A program made the position numbers and the translations under genes. Under the pieces are notes generated by a model. The model did no database searches, had not been told where the DNA came from, and saw only the letters and a list, made by a program, of their open reading frames with translations. A stretch of DNA of 64,000 nt from Ministeria vibrans ATCC 50519 (Eukaryota > Protista > Filasterea), in NCBI GenBank assembly GCA_943704425.1, contig CALSCP010002759.1:57217-121216 (forward strand). Direction: 5' to 3'. Shown in pieces: positions 29,773-43,031 of the stretch; the first letter of the stretch is position 1, and each line of letters opens with the position of its first letter.

Positions 29773-30336
29773 TCATCTCGTGGAAATGACGGGCGGTGCA
29801 AAGCCCTGCTTGATTGTCGGGTCAGACGAAGACCAGGCCCACCGTTCACACGTGCCCAAATCAAACAAATCTACTGCGGTGGGGGATATGAGACCAATGA
29901 GAAAGGAGTGCGGGGGCGCTTGAAGAGACCCCGACGACATCTGCCGATCCATAGCAGCAGCGTCCACCGCAAGCGGCCCGTTGTCGTGGAAGAACTGCAC
30001 TCGAGCGCCTGTGTGCATGCTGTCCCAGACTTGCTGCCGCTGGTCGCCGCTACGGGCGTACGAGACAGTTCCGTGGAAGCGAAACTGAAGCGACGTCCTC
30101 TCCAGCCACCAGCAGACTTCGATGGACGGCGAGTCGGCGTCCAGCACCTTCTTACTGCGTCCATCCGTCGCAAACACCAGCGCAGGCTGCCCATTGGAGT
30201 CGTGTGCGAGTCCGCGGAACACAACAGTGCGCGCTTTGGGCTCACCCCCTTCCACCGTCGCAATCGTCATGAATCCCGCTCGGGGGTTGCTTCGAAGCGC
30301 ATCTTCCAGACGCAGAACCCATGCGGCGGAGGTCAT
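29773..30336 (-). CDS. Pyridoxamine 5'-phosphate oxidase-like FMN-binding protein
   Basis: Single exon. FMTIATV..PKARTVVFRG..FATDGRSKKV..IEVCWWLERTSLQFRFHG. Confidence 0.85.
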   Translation of the reverse strand: MTSAAWVLRLEDALRSNPRAGFMTIATVEGGEPKARTVVFRGLAHDSNGQPALVFATDGRSKKVLDADSPSIEVCWWLERTSLQFRFHGTVSYARSGDQRQQVWDSMHTGARVQFFHDNGPLAVDAAAMDRQMSSGSLQAPPHSFLIGLISPTAVDLFDLGTCERWAWSSSDPTIKQGFAPPVISTR

Positions 30337-30665
30337 GACAAGAAAACAAACAATATAATATGAAGAAGAAGAAAAAAATATGAATAAAATATTTAAGAGA
30401 ATCAAGGTGTACTACTCAAATATGAGTAAGAAAATTAATATTAAAAGAGAAAATAAATAGAGAATCGAGAGCTGTACTCAATGTCAAAAAAAAAACTATT
30501 TAGTATACACAAAACAAAGACTAATCACTAAAGAGGCAAAAGCAGTAAAATAAGTAAAGGGTCGAGATATTATTTGAAAATAGTTACCAGGTGAATTGAG
30601 AACCATGTTGAACAGAAGCGCCGCAATTTTTCGTTGGACAATTTTATGATTAATTTATTTTTCGA

Positions 30666-31776
30666 CTACAAATCGGCATCGGAGTGTCTTTGGGCCTCCT
30701 GGTGAGCTCGCTCGCAGCGATCAATGGCATAGGCAAGCTCAGGTGTATACAGAGCTGCCTGATGCTCAATCTGCCACTGGGGCGACCAGTGAACGCGGAA
30801 GCTCGCCTCGACGGTAAAGTGACAGGGCGCTTTGAGAGTGCGCCCTGTCACGATCTGCATAATAATTAATGTACGGGTGTGTGTGTGTGTCAGACGACAG
30901 AAGTATAGTGGCCATGAAACGTACGGCGTGAAAGGAAGAGGAGTAGCCGGAGCCGATGTAGTCACGGAGGGAGACAGTGATCGAGTTGGGTTCAATAGAG
31001 GCACTCAGGTCCTGGAGGTACTCCTCCAGCGCCGCACGGCTGCTTGACGCATGATGGTGCTCTTGTGAGTCGTGCACGTTGGAGTCGGCGTCGACGCTCA
31101 GCATGTCGTGGAGGTGCTCGGCAAGCGGACGCGCTCCTTCCCAGCCTGCAATGAGCATGCTGACGCGCGCGCGAGCTGTCTGCGAAATTGCGGCGTTCAG
31201 AGCACGCTCGTGTGTATGCTTGGCAATGATATCTTCAGCACCGGGCACGGGGTCTTCAATGGAGATTCCGTCAATGCCGCAGTGCGACGACATGAGCACC
31301 GACTCGTCCTCGCTTGACGATGTGATGGCGACCATGGAGACCATCTGCGAGTAATCGTTGTTCAGAACGAGTTCCAACAGCTCGTCGTAGACAATCCGAC
31401 AGCCGTGAACCGTAAAGAGAGTCACGGCAAAGCGGGCGTGGATCATGCGACGCGTGGCACTGGCAAAGAGTGTGCCAGTGCGCGTCATATGAAAACTCGC
31501 GACTGTATCGAAAATCTTCTGCGTCTCCGCCTGCATCTGTGCCTTGCCCGACAGCATAGACACCCGGCGCGAGTACCAGCGTTCGTAGTGGATCTCGTCG
31601 CCCACATACTGCATGCATTCGGGCACACTGCGGTCGTGAATGGCTCCCACAAGTTTGTCAACAAATTCGCTCGCGCGCGTCACAAAGATCGCCTGCTCGT
31701 CCTCCCCCTCGTCCGGAGACACTCCCAGAACAAAGGACGTGCACAAGACGAGGCACAGCAGCACAGGTTTTCGCAT
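30666..31776 (-). CDS. Secreted protein with two SnoaL/NTF2-like domains
   Basis: Signal peptide MRKPVLLCLVLCTSFVLG. One intron (~30855-30923). Two similar alpha/beta halves (e.g. YVGDEIHYE..GKAQMQAET). C-terminal DADL. Confidence 0.55.
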
Positions 31777-32341
31777 TTCTATGAAACTGTGTAAAACAAT
31801 TAGAGAATTGAGTTATTTGTAAAACAAGTCTATATAAAAAACTTCTACAAAACAAAGTGCAGCACAAAACAAAAAACATAAGTCATACGAGAGAGCGGCA
31901 CAATAACCAACTATGCTATGCGGGCGAAATAATTAATAAAATAGTAATAACGCAATAGCCAATAAGATAAACAGTTAATAGTGAATCGAGCTCAATGTCA
32001 AAACAAGCTACACACAAAACAAAGAGCCGTACAAATAATACAATACTTTCGCCGTAGAGTTCTAGACGAGAATGTCTCGAAAGAAGCCCATAGACCCACT
32101 GATACACCCATGAGAATAATAAGGCAATAGTTATTCAGATGAGTTCTCCGAAAGCAAACGGCAAACTCACCGCATCTCACAGGACGGTATGAGAACAGTG
32201 GGTTGTTCTGCACTGGTTCATTGCCAACGTCGCACACATAGCGGATTGTCTTTCTGGTCTTGGTCTGATTGTATTATGTACAGTGCGTCGTCTCCCCCGC
32301 CCGTCTGCCTGTCTCACCCTGGTGCACTACGGGTGCACTAA

Positions 32342-32956
32342 CTACACCAGCTTCCCGCCAGCATGCAACGGCCCGTAGCCATCGATGCCGCCGCTGACAA
32401 GCCAGCCAAAGACAACAGCAGCAATGATGAGGCCATTAAGGGGCGCCATCACCTGGCCAAAGTGCCACTCCTCGGGGGCGGCACTGCCATCGTCGTCCGT
32501 CTGCGGCCGGTAGCTGTCCACAATGTCATAGCCCCAAGAGAACAGACAGCAGCAAAGACCCGCAAGCGACGCAACCAGCGTCGCTCCCACCGTGCTCGTC
32601 AGTGTGATCGTCGACAGTGAGGCACACCGCAGTGTCGATCCTGCGAACAGTGTCACACAATCGAAACAAACACTCAATCGTCAAAACCTATCGAATGTTA
32701 TAAATAAAAAAACGCTCCTCAAGCGCACCTTGCTCATTCGCTTGCTCTATCACTTTCACAGAGGCATACACAGCAGCAAGTACAAACAGTGCCAGCGTTG
32801 ACAGGGAGCCAGCGCGATGGAGATGGGCAAGCCAGCTAAAAAACAGAGGAAATTGAGGTAAAATGGAGGACCCGCAAAATCTCACCTAGTGTGTCCTCCA
32901 GTAATCTGGAATCTGTGTCGCACAGTCACTGTCGGTTGGGTAGATCCATAAGGCAT
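32342..32956 (-). CDS. ARL6IP6: ARL6IP6-like small membrane protein
   Basis: Three exons splice in frame. [45 protein letters not shown] resembles the ARL6IP6 C-terminal domain (recalled as AGLSCCSFSW..DSFEP..FHMGYSMAILNG). Confidence 0.7.
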
Positions 32957-33081
32957 CTTTTCACACTCGATCAAACAAAAAAAAAGATGAAAGTCAAGTG
33001 AAAGCTGATCGGAAGATCAACCAAATTCAAAAAAAAATTGAAAAATCACTTTTTTGTTTCTTTCACTCCTCTCGTCTTACG

Positions 33082-34035
33082 ATGCATATCAAACAGATCA
33101 TCATCGACGGGTTCAAGTCGTATGCTAAGCGTACCGTCATCAGCGGCTTCGACGAACACTTCAACGCGATTACTGGTAAAAAAAAAAAAAAAAAAAAAAT
33201 TCAAAAACACACTACATCCCCTCGTCCAAGTCTTTCCCCTCTCTGTTTGACCCTTGACGCAGCACCATTGTGTTTAAACCTCTATATGAGCTCCTGTACA
33301 ACTTGCTCTACCGCAATACCGTCCGTTATTTGACTTGCAGGCGCAAATTGTCAAAATTGAAAAAATTCAAAAAACCCCCCAAAACATTTCAACCGCTCTC
33401 TCATTCACTTCAACGCTCTCCCTTTGCAAAGGTCTCAATGGGTCTGGAAAGTCAAACATCCTCGACGCCATTTGCTTTGTCCTGGGCATCTCGAATCTGT
33501 CTCAGGTACGACATTTGATGAGTTTTTGAAGAGCGCTCGATTTGAAAAAAAAAAAAATAACGAACTTTGAAATGTTTTAAAGGTGCGCGCGGGAAACCTG
33601 CAAGAGCTGGTGTACAAGCAGGGCCAGGCGGGTGTCACCAAGGCAACTGTGTCTATTGTCTTTGAGTATGTTGTTGTGTCTCGCAACGCAAAAATATGTT
33701 TTGATTTTTTTTCTTTTCTTTTCTTTTGTGTCTTGTTAGCAACATCGACAAGACAGGGAGCCCCGTCGGCTACGAGCACAACGACGAGATCACCGTGACG
33801 CGGCAGGTGGTCATTGGCGGGCGCAATAAGTATCTCATCAACGGACACAATGCACAATTGTCGCGCGTCCAAAACCTCTTCCACTCGGTCCAGCTCAACG
33901 TCAACAACCCCCACTTTCTCATCATGCAGGGTCGCATCACCAAGGGTAAGCGCACGACTAAAAAAAAAAAAAAAAGAACAGAAACCTCTTTTTGCATTGT
34001 AATAATGATTGTCACTCTCTATCATTTCTCTTCTT

Positions 34036-34089
<54 letters not shown>

Positions 34090-35555
34090 NNNNNNNNNCT
34101 TCCTCCTTTTCTATTTCTGCGTCTGGAAGTTACGGAATGGATAGTCTCACTTCCATGTCATTCCCCGCCCTCACTCAGACTTCCTCCTTTTCTATTTCTG
34201 CGTCTGGAGATAGGGGAATGTTTCGTCTCACTTCCATGTTATTCCCCGCCCTCACTCAGACTTCCTCCTTTTCTATTTCTGCGTCTGAAAATAACGGAAT
34301 GGAAGGTCTCACTTCCTTGTTATTCCCCGCCCTCACTCACACTTCGTCCTTTTCTATTTCTGCGTCTGGAACTAGCGGAATGGATAGTCTCACTTCCATG
34401 TCATTCCCCGCCCTCACTCACACTTCGTCCTTTTCTATTTCTGCGTCTGGATTTACGGGAATGGATAGTCTCACTTCCATGTCATTCCCCGCCCTCACTC
34501 ACACTTCCTCGTTTTCAATTTCTGCGTCTGGAGATAGGGGAATGGAAGGTCTCACTTCCATGTCATTCCCCGCCCTCACTCAGACTTCCTCCTTTTCAAT
34601 TTCTGCGCCTGGAAGTAGCGGAATGTATGGTCTCACTTCCATGTCATTCCCCACTCTCAATCATTCTTCCTCCTTTTCTATTTCTGCGTCTGGACATCAA
34701 GGAATGAATCGCCTCACTTCCATGGCATTCCCCGCCCTCACTCAGACTTCCTCCTTTTCTATTTCTGCGTCTGGAGATAGGGGAATGGAAGGTCTCACTT
34801 CCATGTCATTCCCCGCCCTCGCTCAGACTTCCTCCTTTTCAATTTCTGCATCTGACAGTGAGGGAATGGGTGATCTCACTTCCATGTCATTCCCCGCCCT
34901 CACTCAGACTTCCTCCTTCATCATATCAGGTGGTTCGGCCAGTTCTTTTACACAGTTCTCTTTACTCTCTTCGTTCAACAACCTCACTCATGTGACTGAC
35001 AGTGAACTGCGACTCACTCTCATTTCATCTCTGACATCCATTTCCGGTTTTGCCTCACTCTCGCGAGTCCACTCTCTGCGACTGGACACCCTTGCTGCTC
35101 TGACCAGTGTCCAAGGATTCAACAACCTTCAAACAATCGACACCACCCTCAAAATTGAGAACACAGGGCTCGTCTCCGCCGACTTCCTCTCCACTGTGAC
35201 ATCCATTGGCACAACAACCTCTGTGACTGGCAATTCGCGCTTGGCGCTCTGTCAGTCGCTACAGTCGAGTATACAGGCTGCCACAGCCGGGACGACCACC
35301 ATCTCGGGGTACGGGTCTCTCGAGCTTTGCTAGAGAGAAGCGGAATTATCACTCAACGAATAATAAAAAATATTATAATTATTGATAATCTTAAAAATAA
35401 TTATAATAATAATAATACCAAAAATAAAAAGAATAACAATAATAATACCAAAAATAAAAAGAATAATAATAATAATAATACCAAAAATAAAAAGAATAAA
35501 AAGAATAATAATAATAATACCAAAATAAAAAAAATAAAAAGAATAATAATAATAC

Positions 35556-35615
<60 letters not shown>

Positions 35616-37397
35616 TAATAATAACAGGGAACAAAATAGGAAAAAAAATGCCACTGAAAATGAGCTTGACAGGAACATTTAGTGGCGCTTACTCTGTACA
35701 TGTGAATATTCACGCAAGATACTATTAAGGACTCACCCAGCGCAGACCAGGTGAGCAGAATGTTCATAATATAACGCACACCGCTGCCGCTCGCTTTCCT
35801 TCTCTCGCACGGATCTCGCTCTCCTTATCTTCTTCTTTTCCACTCATTCCCCAGCATTAATATTGCACTGAAGTTGGCCCTAGTTATCACTCTTAAGCTT
35901 GTCCAATAATTAATATAATTATTTTATAAGCCAAAAATTCCTACTAGACTTGATCGATCATTCAATCTATCTACCGACCTACCTACGGTAGTTTCTATTA
36001 TTAAAAAATATTAATGATAAAAAATAACAATAATCATAATGATTAATTTTAATATTTTGGCTGAGTGATCGTGACAATAAATGATTGTTGTACAGAATTC
36101 AAACAGTGTGACTCGAATGAAACTCGGAGATGGAGGAGAGTCGTTGGATGACACCCGACAGAGAATGCGACGTAGCAGTGTCAATAAGCGTATCGACAAA
36201 ATCGCCTACAAAGAAGGGAGAGTAAGGGCGTGATGGATTGGAATTGGGAAGATGGGCGAACCTTCTTTCATCGGAATGAGATTGTGTGGATCCGCTTTGA
36301 CAATGACACGCATGTTACTATCAGAACGACCCACAAACGCATTGGGAGTGCGACGCGACGGCTGAAAATGTGCCACAAGGAAGATAGGGTTCATTAGGGT
36401 TAAGGGGCTACGCAAATTGTGTGTTTAAATTACCTTTTCGAGTAAAATGAGTTGACGAGTGCCTAACATCGCTCTGTTTAGTTCCAATGCTGTCTCAGTG
36501 TGCGTGGCAACCACTTCTTTCAGTCGTCGATTTTTCTCTTCTGCACTCACAGAGTCAGTCTAAAAGTATTGACGTGTCCATACAAAGTCAGTGTGAGTGA
36601 GAGATATCCAAACTGTTTTGATAAAAAAACGCAACAGAGAGCGATATAGCTCCTCCAGTAAAATATATAATTATGTTATAATTAATTAATTATGTAAGCC
36701 CTAACCCTAACCCTAATGACACGATGGCAATCCTAACACTAATGACAAGTTTTTACCAGTTTGCGGTGCGCATTTGTCTTTTCTCGCATTGAATAAGCAA
36801 ACATAAATGCCTGATTGAATCTCACTCGTCGCATCAGTGAAATTGTCTCCAAATGATCACCCTCCGTCTCGCCACAAAATCCTGATATAAAATCAGACGA
36901 AATCGAAACACCTACAAAGCACACAATAAGAAAAATAAAAGAAGAGAAACAGACTAGAAGGGCTGACCGGGAATCATTTCGCGAATATGATCCACTAGTT
37001 CAAGATAAGCGTCGCGGGAATACCTAAAAGGGGAAACGATGAGCGACATAATTCTTGTGTGAGTGAATGTGAGGTCGAAGAATAAATAAAAAGAGTTGGT
37101 CACTGAAGTAATGGAGTGAGTGTGTATGTGTGTGTATACCCTCTTCGCATTGATTTGAGCACTGCACTTGAGCCACTCTGCGCGGGCATATGAATCTGAT
37201 TGCACACATTGGGATAATCACTACAGACAACACCATACGCACACAATCGATCAATCATCCGACCCAATCACTCTCGCTGCCGGGCAGTCACCCTCTTTCA
37301 CTCAATCTCTCAATAGCACTCTCAGTCCACCCACTGTAACCCTCTCTCTATCACTTTGTTTCTTTCTCCCTCCTTTCTTTCTCTCCCCCTCTCTCCC

Positions 37398-37493
<96 letters not shown>

Positions 37494-40400
37494 TTTTGAC
37501 GTATTTAGTCCTCAACATGAAGCCTCCGGAGATTCTTGCGCTGATTGAGGAGGCAGCGGGCACGCGGATGTTTGAGACGAAGAAGGCTAGCGCACAGAAG
37601 ACGATTGAAAAGAAGGAAAAGAAGATTGACGAGATCAACGCGATTTTGAACGAGGAGATTACGCCAACACTGGAGAAGCTGCGGGGCGAGCGCAGCAACT
37701 ACCTCGAGTATCAGAATGGACAGCGCGAGATGGATCTGTTGATGCGCTTCTGCACCGCCTACGACTATATGACGAGCCAGCGACTGCTGACGGGTGGCAC
37801 ACAGGAGCTCGACGAGCTGCACTCGCAAATGGCCGAGCTTAAGTCTCGCGCGCGCAAGATTGACGCTGAGATTATCAATCTGGGGCAGAACGCGACCATT
37901 CTGGAGCGCAAGCGTGACACCGAGGCTGGCGGGAAGCTGACGGATCTGGAGAAAAAGGCGAACGTGTCGAGTCAGGAGCTGGTCAAGACGACAACGGAGC
38001 ACCAGCACCAGACGGAGGCGGTGCAAACAGAGCGGGCAAATCTGGCGTCGCTGCTCAAGACACGCGACGAGACGATCGCTGCCATTGCCGACAAGGAGCG
38101 CGAGCTGGCGGCTGCCGAGGTAGAGCTTGCGGCAGTGCAGACAGCGCATGGCGATGTGGTGTCGCAGCACGAGCAGCTCAAGCGTCAGGTACATGGCTTC
38201 TCGCTCGCCTCCAACGATGGAGGCGTCAAGACACAGACAGACGAGCTTATGGACGCCAAGAAGCAAGCGGGCGAGGCGGCCACCGAGGCCCAGCAGGCGA
38301 CTATGAAGATCAAACACGTCGAGGCAGAGCTGGCGGCCAAGCGCAAGGCAGCCAAGGCAACGGCAGGCGAGTACAGCACTACCAAGGCACGTCTCGAGGC
38401 GCAGCAGAGCGAGGCAATGGCCCTCCTAGCCGAGCTTGAGGCCATTCAGTACGACGGAAAAGCCGAGGCGGCCCTCACCAAGCAGACACTTGAAGAGCAC
38501 AAGCGCGTGGCGTCTCTGCGCGAGAAGGTAGATCAGATGGCAGCACAACTGCAGGCACTGGACTTCCAGTACGACAGTCCCTCTGCCAGCTTTGACCATG
38601 GTCGCGTCAAGGGACTCGTCGCACAGCTGATTGACGTGGCCGACACGCGCTATGCGACAGCACTGGAGGTTACGGCCGGCTCGCGTTTGTACAATGTGGT
38701 GGTGGACACCGAGGGCACCGGCAAGGCGCTGCTCGAGAAGGGCAATCTGAAGCGTCGCGTCACCATCATCCCGTTGAACAAGATTAGCGCACAGTCGCTC
38801 AACGAGTCGACTGTGGCCAACGCACAGCGCATGTGTGGCGCAGCCAATGTGCAGCAGGCTCTTTCGCTCGTGGGCTACGACGACCAGCTCGAGGCCGCAA
38901 TGAAGTATGTCTTTGGCACGACACTTGTGTGCGAGACACTCGACATTGCCAAGAAGGTGACCTTTGACAAGTCCATCAAGACGCGCTCGGTGACACTCGA
39001 CGGCGACACCTTTGACCCGTCGGGCACGCTCACGGGCGGTGCGCGTTCGCAGCAGCAGCCCGTGCTGTCACGTCTGCAGGAGCTGCGCGACGCACGCACT
39101 GAGCTTGCCGAGCGCAACAGTGCTCTCAAGGAGCTCGATGTGAGTCTGACCAAGATGCGCGAGGCGGCCAAGAGACGCGCGACGCTCGAGAAGAAGCACG
39201 AGTTGCTGGAGCATAGCAACGCGCTGTTTGCCGAGCGTGTGCAGTCGAGCCCGCACTTTCGTCAGATGGAGGAGCTCGATACGCTTGCGGCCTCCATTGA
39301 GACGCTCAAAACGGCCGTCGACGTGGCAAAGCAACAGGAGAAGCAGCTCAAGGAGCGCGTGAAGCGCATCGAGGACGACATGAAGCACGGCCAGGCGAAG
39401 AAGAAGGACGAACTGAAGAAGCTGCAGACCGCACTGGCAGCGGCTAAAAAGGCACTGACGCTGTCGCAGAAGCAGCACCAGGAGGCCGAGACGCATGTTG
39501 AGAGCCTGCGTCTCGAGCTGGCCGAGCTGCACAACGAGGTCAAGGCGCTTGGGGAGCAGGCGACTGCGTCGGAGGCGGCCATTGCCAAGCTGGTGAATGA
39601 CGTGGACAAGGCGGAGCGTGCGCGCGAGATGGCCGCGCAGCGTTACGATGAGGCCAAGGACGCACTGGACGAGGTCAAGGCAAAGCTGGCGGCGGCCAAC
39701 GATGAGATTGGCGGTCTGCGTGCGCAGTGCGAGGCGCTCGCAACGGAGAAGACAGACGGGGCGCTGCAGCTGAAGAAGAAGGAGCATGCGCTGCAGAAAC
39801 TGACGGTAGAGACCAAGGAGGCAGGCAAGCAGGTGGACGCACTGGCATCGCGCAACCCGTGGATCGCACAGGAGCAGGTGCACTTTGGCAAGGTCAACAC
39901 CGACTATGACTTTAGCAAGAAGAACCCAGCCGAGTGCCGCCGCAAGCTCAACAAGCTGCGCGACAACCAGAGCGAGCTGGCCAAGGGTATCAACATGAAG
40001 GTGATGAACATGTTTGGCAAGGCCGAGCAGGAGTACACGGATCTCCTGAAGAAGAAGACCATTGTTGAGCAGGACAAGGAGAAGATTGGAAAGGTGAAAA
40101 AAAAATAACACAAATATATAATTAATAATCTTTTTAATGGCATGATGAGAACAAAGAATCTAAACTGTGCGTTTTTTATATATATCATAGGCCATTGACG
40201 ATCTGGATGAAAAGAAGAACGAGGCGTTGCGCAAGACGTATGTGCAGGTGAACCGTGACTTTGGCAGCATCTTCTCAACGTTGCTGCCGGGTGCGAACGC
40301 TAAGCTGTCGCCGCCCGAGGGAGGCACTGTGCTCGATGGACTGTGTGTGCGTGTGGCGTTTGGAGATTCGTGGAAGGAGTCGCTAACTGAGCTGAGTGGA

Positions 40401-40811
40401 GGGCAAAGGTCTCTGGTGGCACTGTCCTTGATTCTGTCGCTGCTGTTGTTCAAGCCGGCGCCCATGTACATTCTCGACGAGGTTGACGCCGCTCTCGATC
40501 TGTCGCACACGCAAAACATTGGGCACATGCTCAAGACGCACTTTTCGCACTCACAGTTCATTGTCGTGTCGCTCAAGGACGGCATGTTCAACAACGCAAA
40601 CGTGCTCTTCAAGACCAAGTTTGTCGACAACATCAGCACAGTCACGCGCATCGCACAACAACAAAAGGCACTCGGTGCAAGCAGCGAGGAGGCCAAAGAG
40701 AACGCCAGTGCGTCCACCGCCGCCAAGGGCAAGGGCAAGGCACCCGCCAAGACAGCCGTCCGAGGACGAGCCGCTGCTGCCACGGCAGGTGCTTCAACCT
40801 CGTCTATTTGA
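33082..40811 (+). CDS. SMC2: Condensin subunit SMC2
   Basis: Exons 33082-33175, 33432-33505, 33583-33665, 33740-33945, 37509-40093, 40191-40811. [16 protein letters not shown], spliced [18 protein letters not shown], hinge domain, [19 protein letters not shown]. Confidence 0.97.
34101..34910 (+). repeat. 81-bp tandem repeat x10 with hypervariable codons
   Basis: TCCTCCTTTTCTATTTCTGCGTCTGGA-nnn-nnn-GGAATG-nnn-nnn-CTCACTTCCATGTCATTCCCCGCCCTCACTCAGACT with an exact 81-bp period. Confidence 0.95.
34101..35333 (+). CDS. L-domain/LRR-like beta-solenoid protein (ECM33/receptor-L-like), 5'-truncated at the gap
   Basis: Open frame with ten 27-aa units, then divergent units ([47 protein letters not shown]) and a two-Cys cap. 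Stop at 35333. Confidence 0.75.
   Translation, partial: SSFSISASGSYGMDSLTSMSFPALTQTSSFSISASGDRGMFRLTSMLFPALTQTSSFSISASENNGMEGLTSLLFPALTHTSSFSISASGTSGMDSLTSMSFPALTHTSSFSISASGFTGMDSLTSMSFPALTHTSSFSISASGDRGMEGLTSMSFPALTQTSSFSISAPGSSGMYGLTSMSFPTLNHSSSFSISASGHQGMNRLTSMAFPALTQTSSFSISASGDRGMEGLTSMSFPALAQTSSFSISASDSEGMGDLTSMSFPALTQTSSFIISGGSASSFTQFSLLSSFNNLTHVTDSELRLTLISSLTSISGFASLSRVHSLRLDTLAALTSVQGFNNLQTIDTTLKIENTGLVSADFLSTVTSIGTTTSVTGNSRLALCQSLQSSIQAATAGTTTISGYGSLELC
36099..37218 (-). CDS. CDK5RAP1: CDK5RAP1/MiaB tRNA methylthiotransferase, 3' half only
   Basis: Six exons: [78 protein letters not shown], then the TRAM domain. The N-terminal half is absent. Confidence 0.9.
36699..36716. repeat. 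(CCCTAA)3 telomere-like repeat in an intron
   Basis: CCCTAACCCTAACCCTAA. Confidence 0.6.
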
Positions 40812-40991
40812 ATGTATCACACGAATGCCCTCATTTGTGCGCGTGAGGGACGGCAGACTCGATGCGTATGTATGTGTGTGTGTGTGTGTGTGTGTGTCAA
40901 AGAGAAAGAGAGAGGATACAGAGTACAAAATAATCAAGATTTAATCATACAAAACAAACAGTACAAAACTTCCAAGAGTGTGAGTGTGTGG

Positions 40992-42912
<1,921 letters not shown>

Positions 42913-43031
42913 CAATTGAGCAAAAAAAAAATGCGTTGTTAATGTTTTTAGTTTTTAGTTTTGAAAATATGAAGACAGAAGAGTGAGAACAGCTCAGCTC
43001 AAGTGAATAAAAGTTAAACAATACACTTCTC

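Noticed and set aside
31998-32260. Possible small Cys-containing spliced gene (Rpb12-like) downstream of ARL6IP6
   Set aside because: A GT-AG pair exists, but there is no ATG-initiated frame with correct CxxC spacing. It is more likely UTR.
34101-34910. 81-bp array as a CRISPR array or a diversity-generating retroelement target
   Set aside because: It is an in-frame coding repeat with no spacers or cas genes. There is no reverse transcriptase or template repeat in the window, and codon 11 variants do not fit adenine-only mutagenesis of one template.
33726-35333. 535-aa ORF appearing to fuse an SMC2 head fragment to the repeat protein
   Set aside because: It reads through an SMC2 splice donor, a (CT)n tract and the N gap. 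SMC2 resumes correctly at 37509.
35327-35779. Poly-Ile/Asn/Tyr ORFs
   Set aside because: Translations of an (AAT)n microsatellite.
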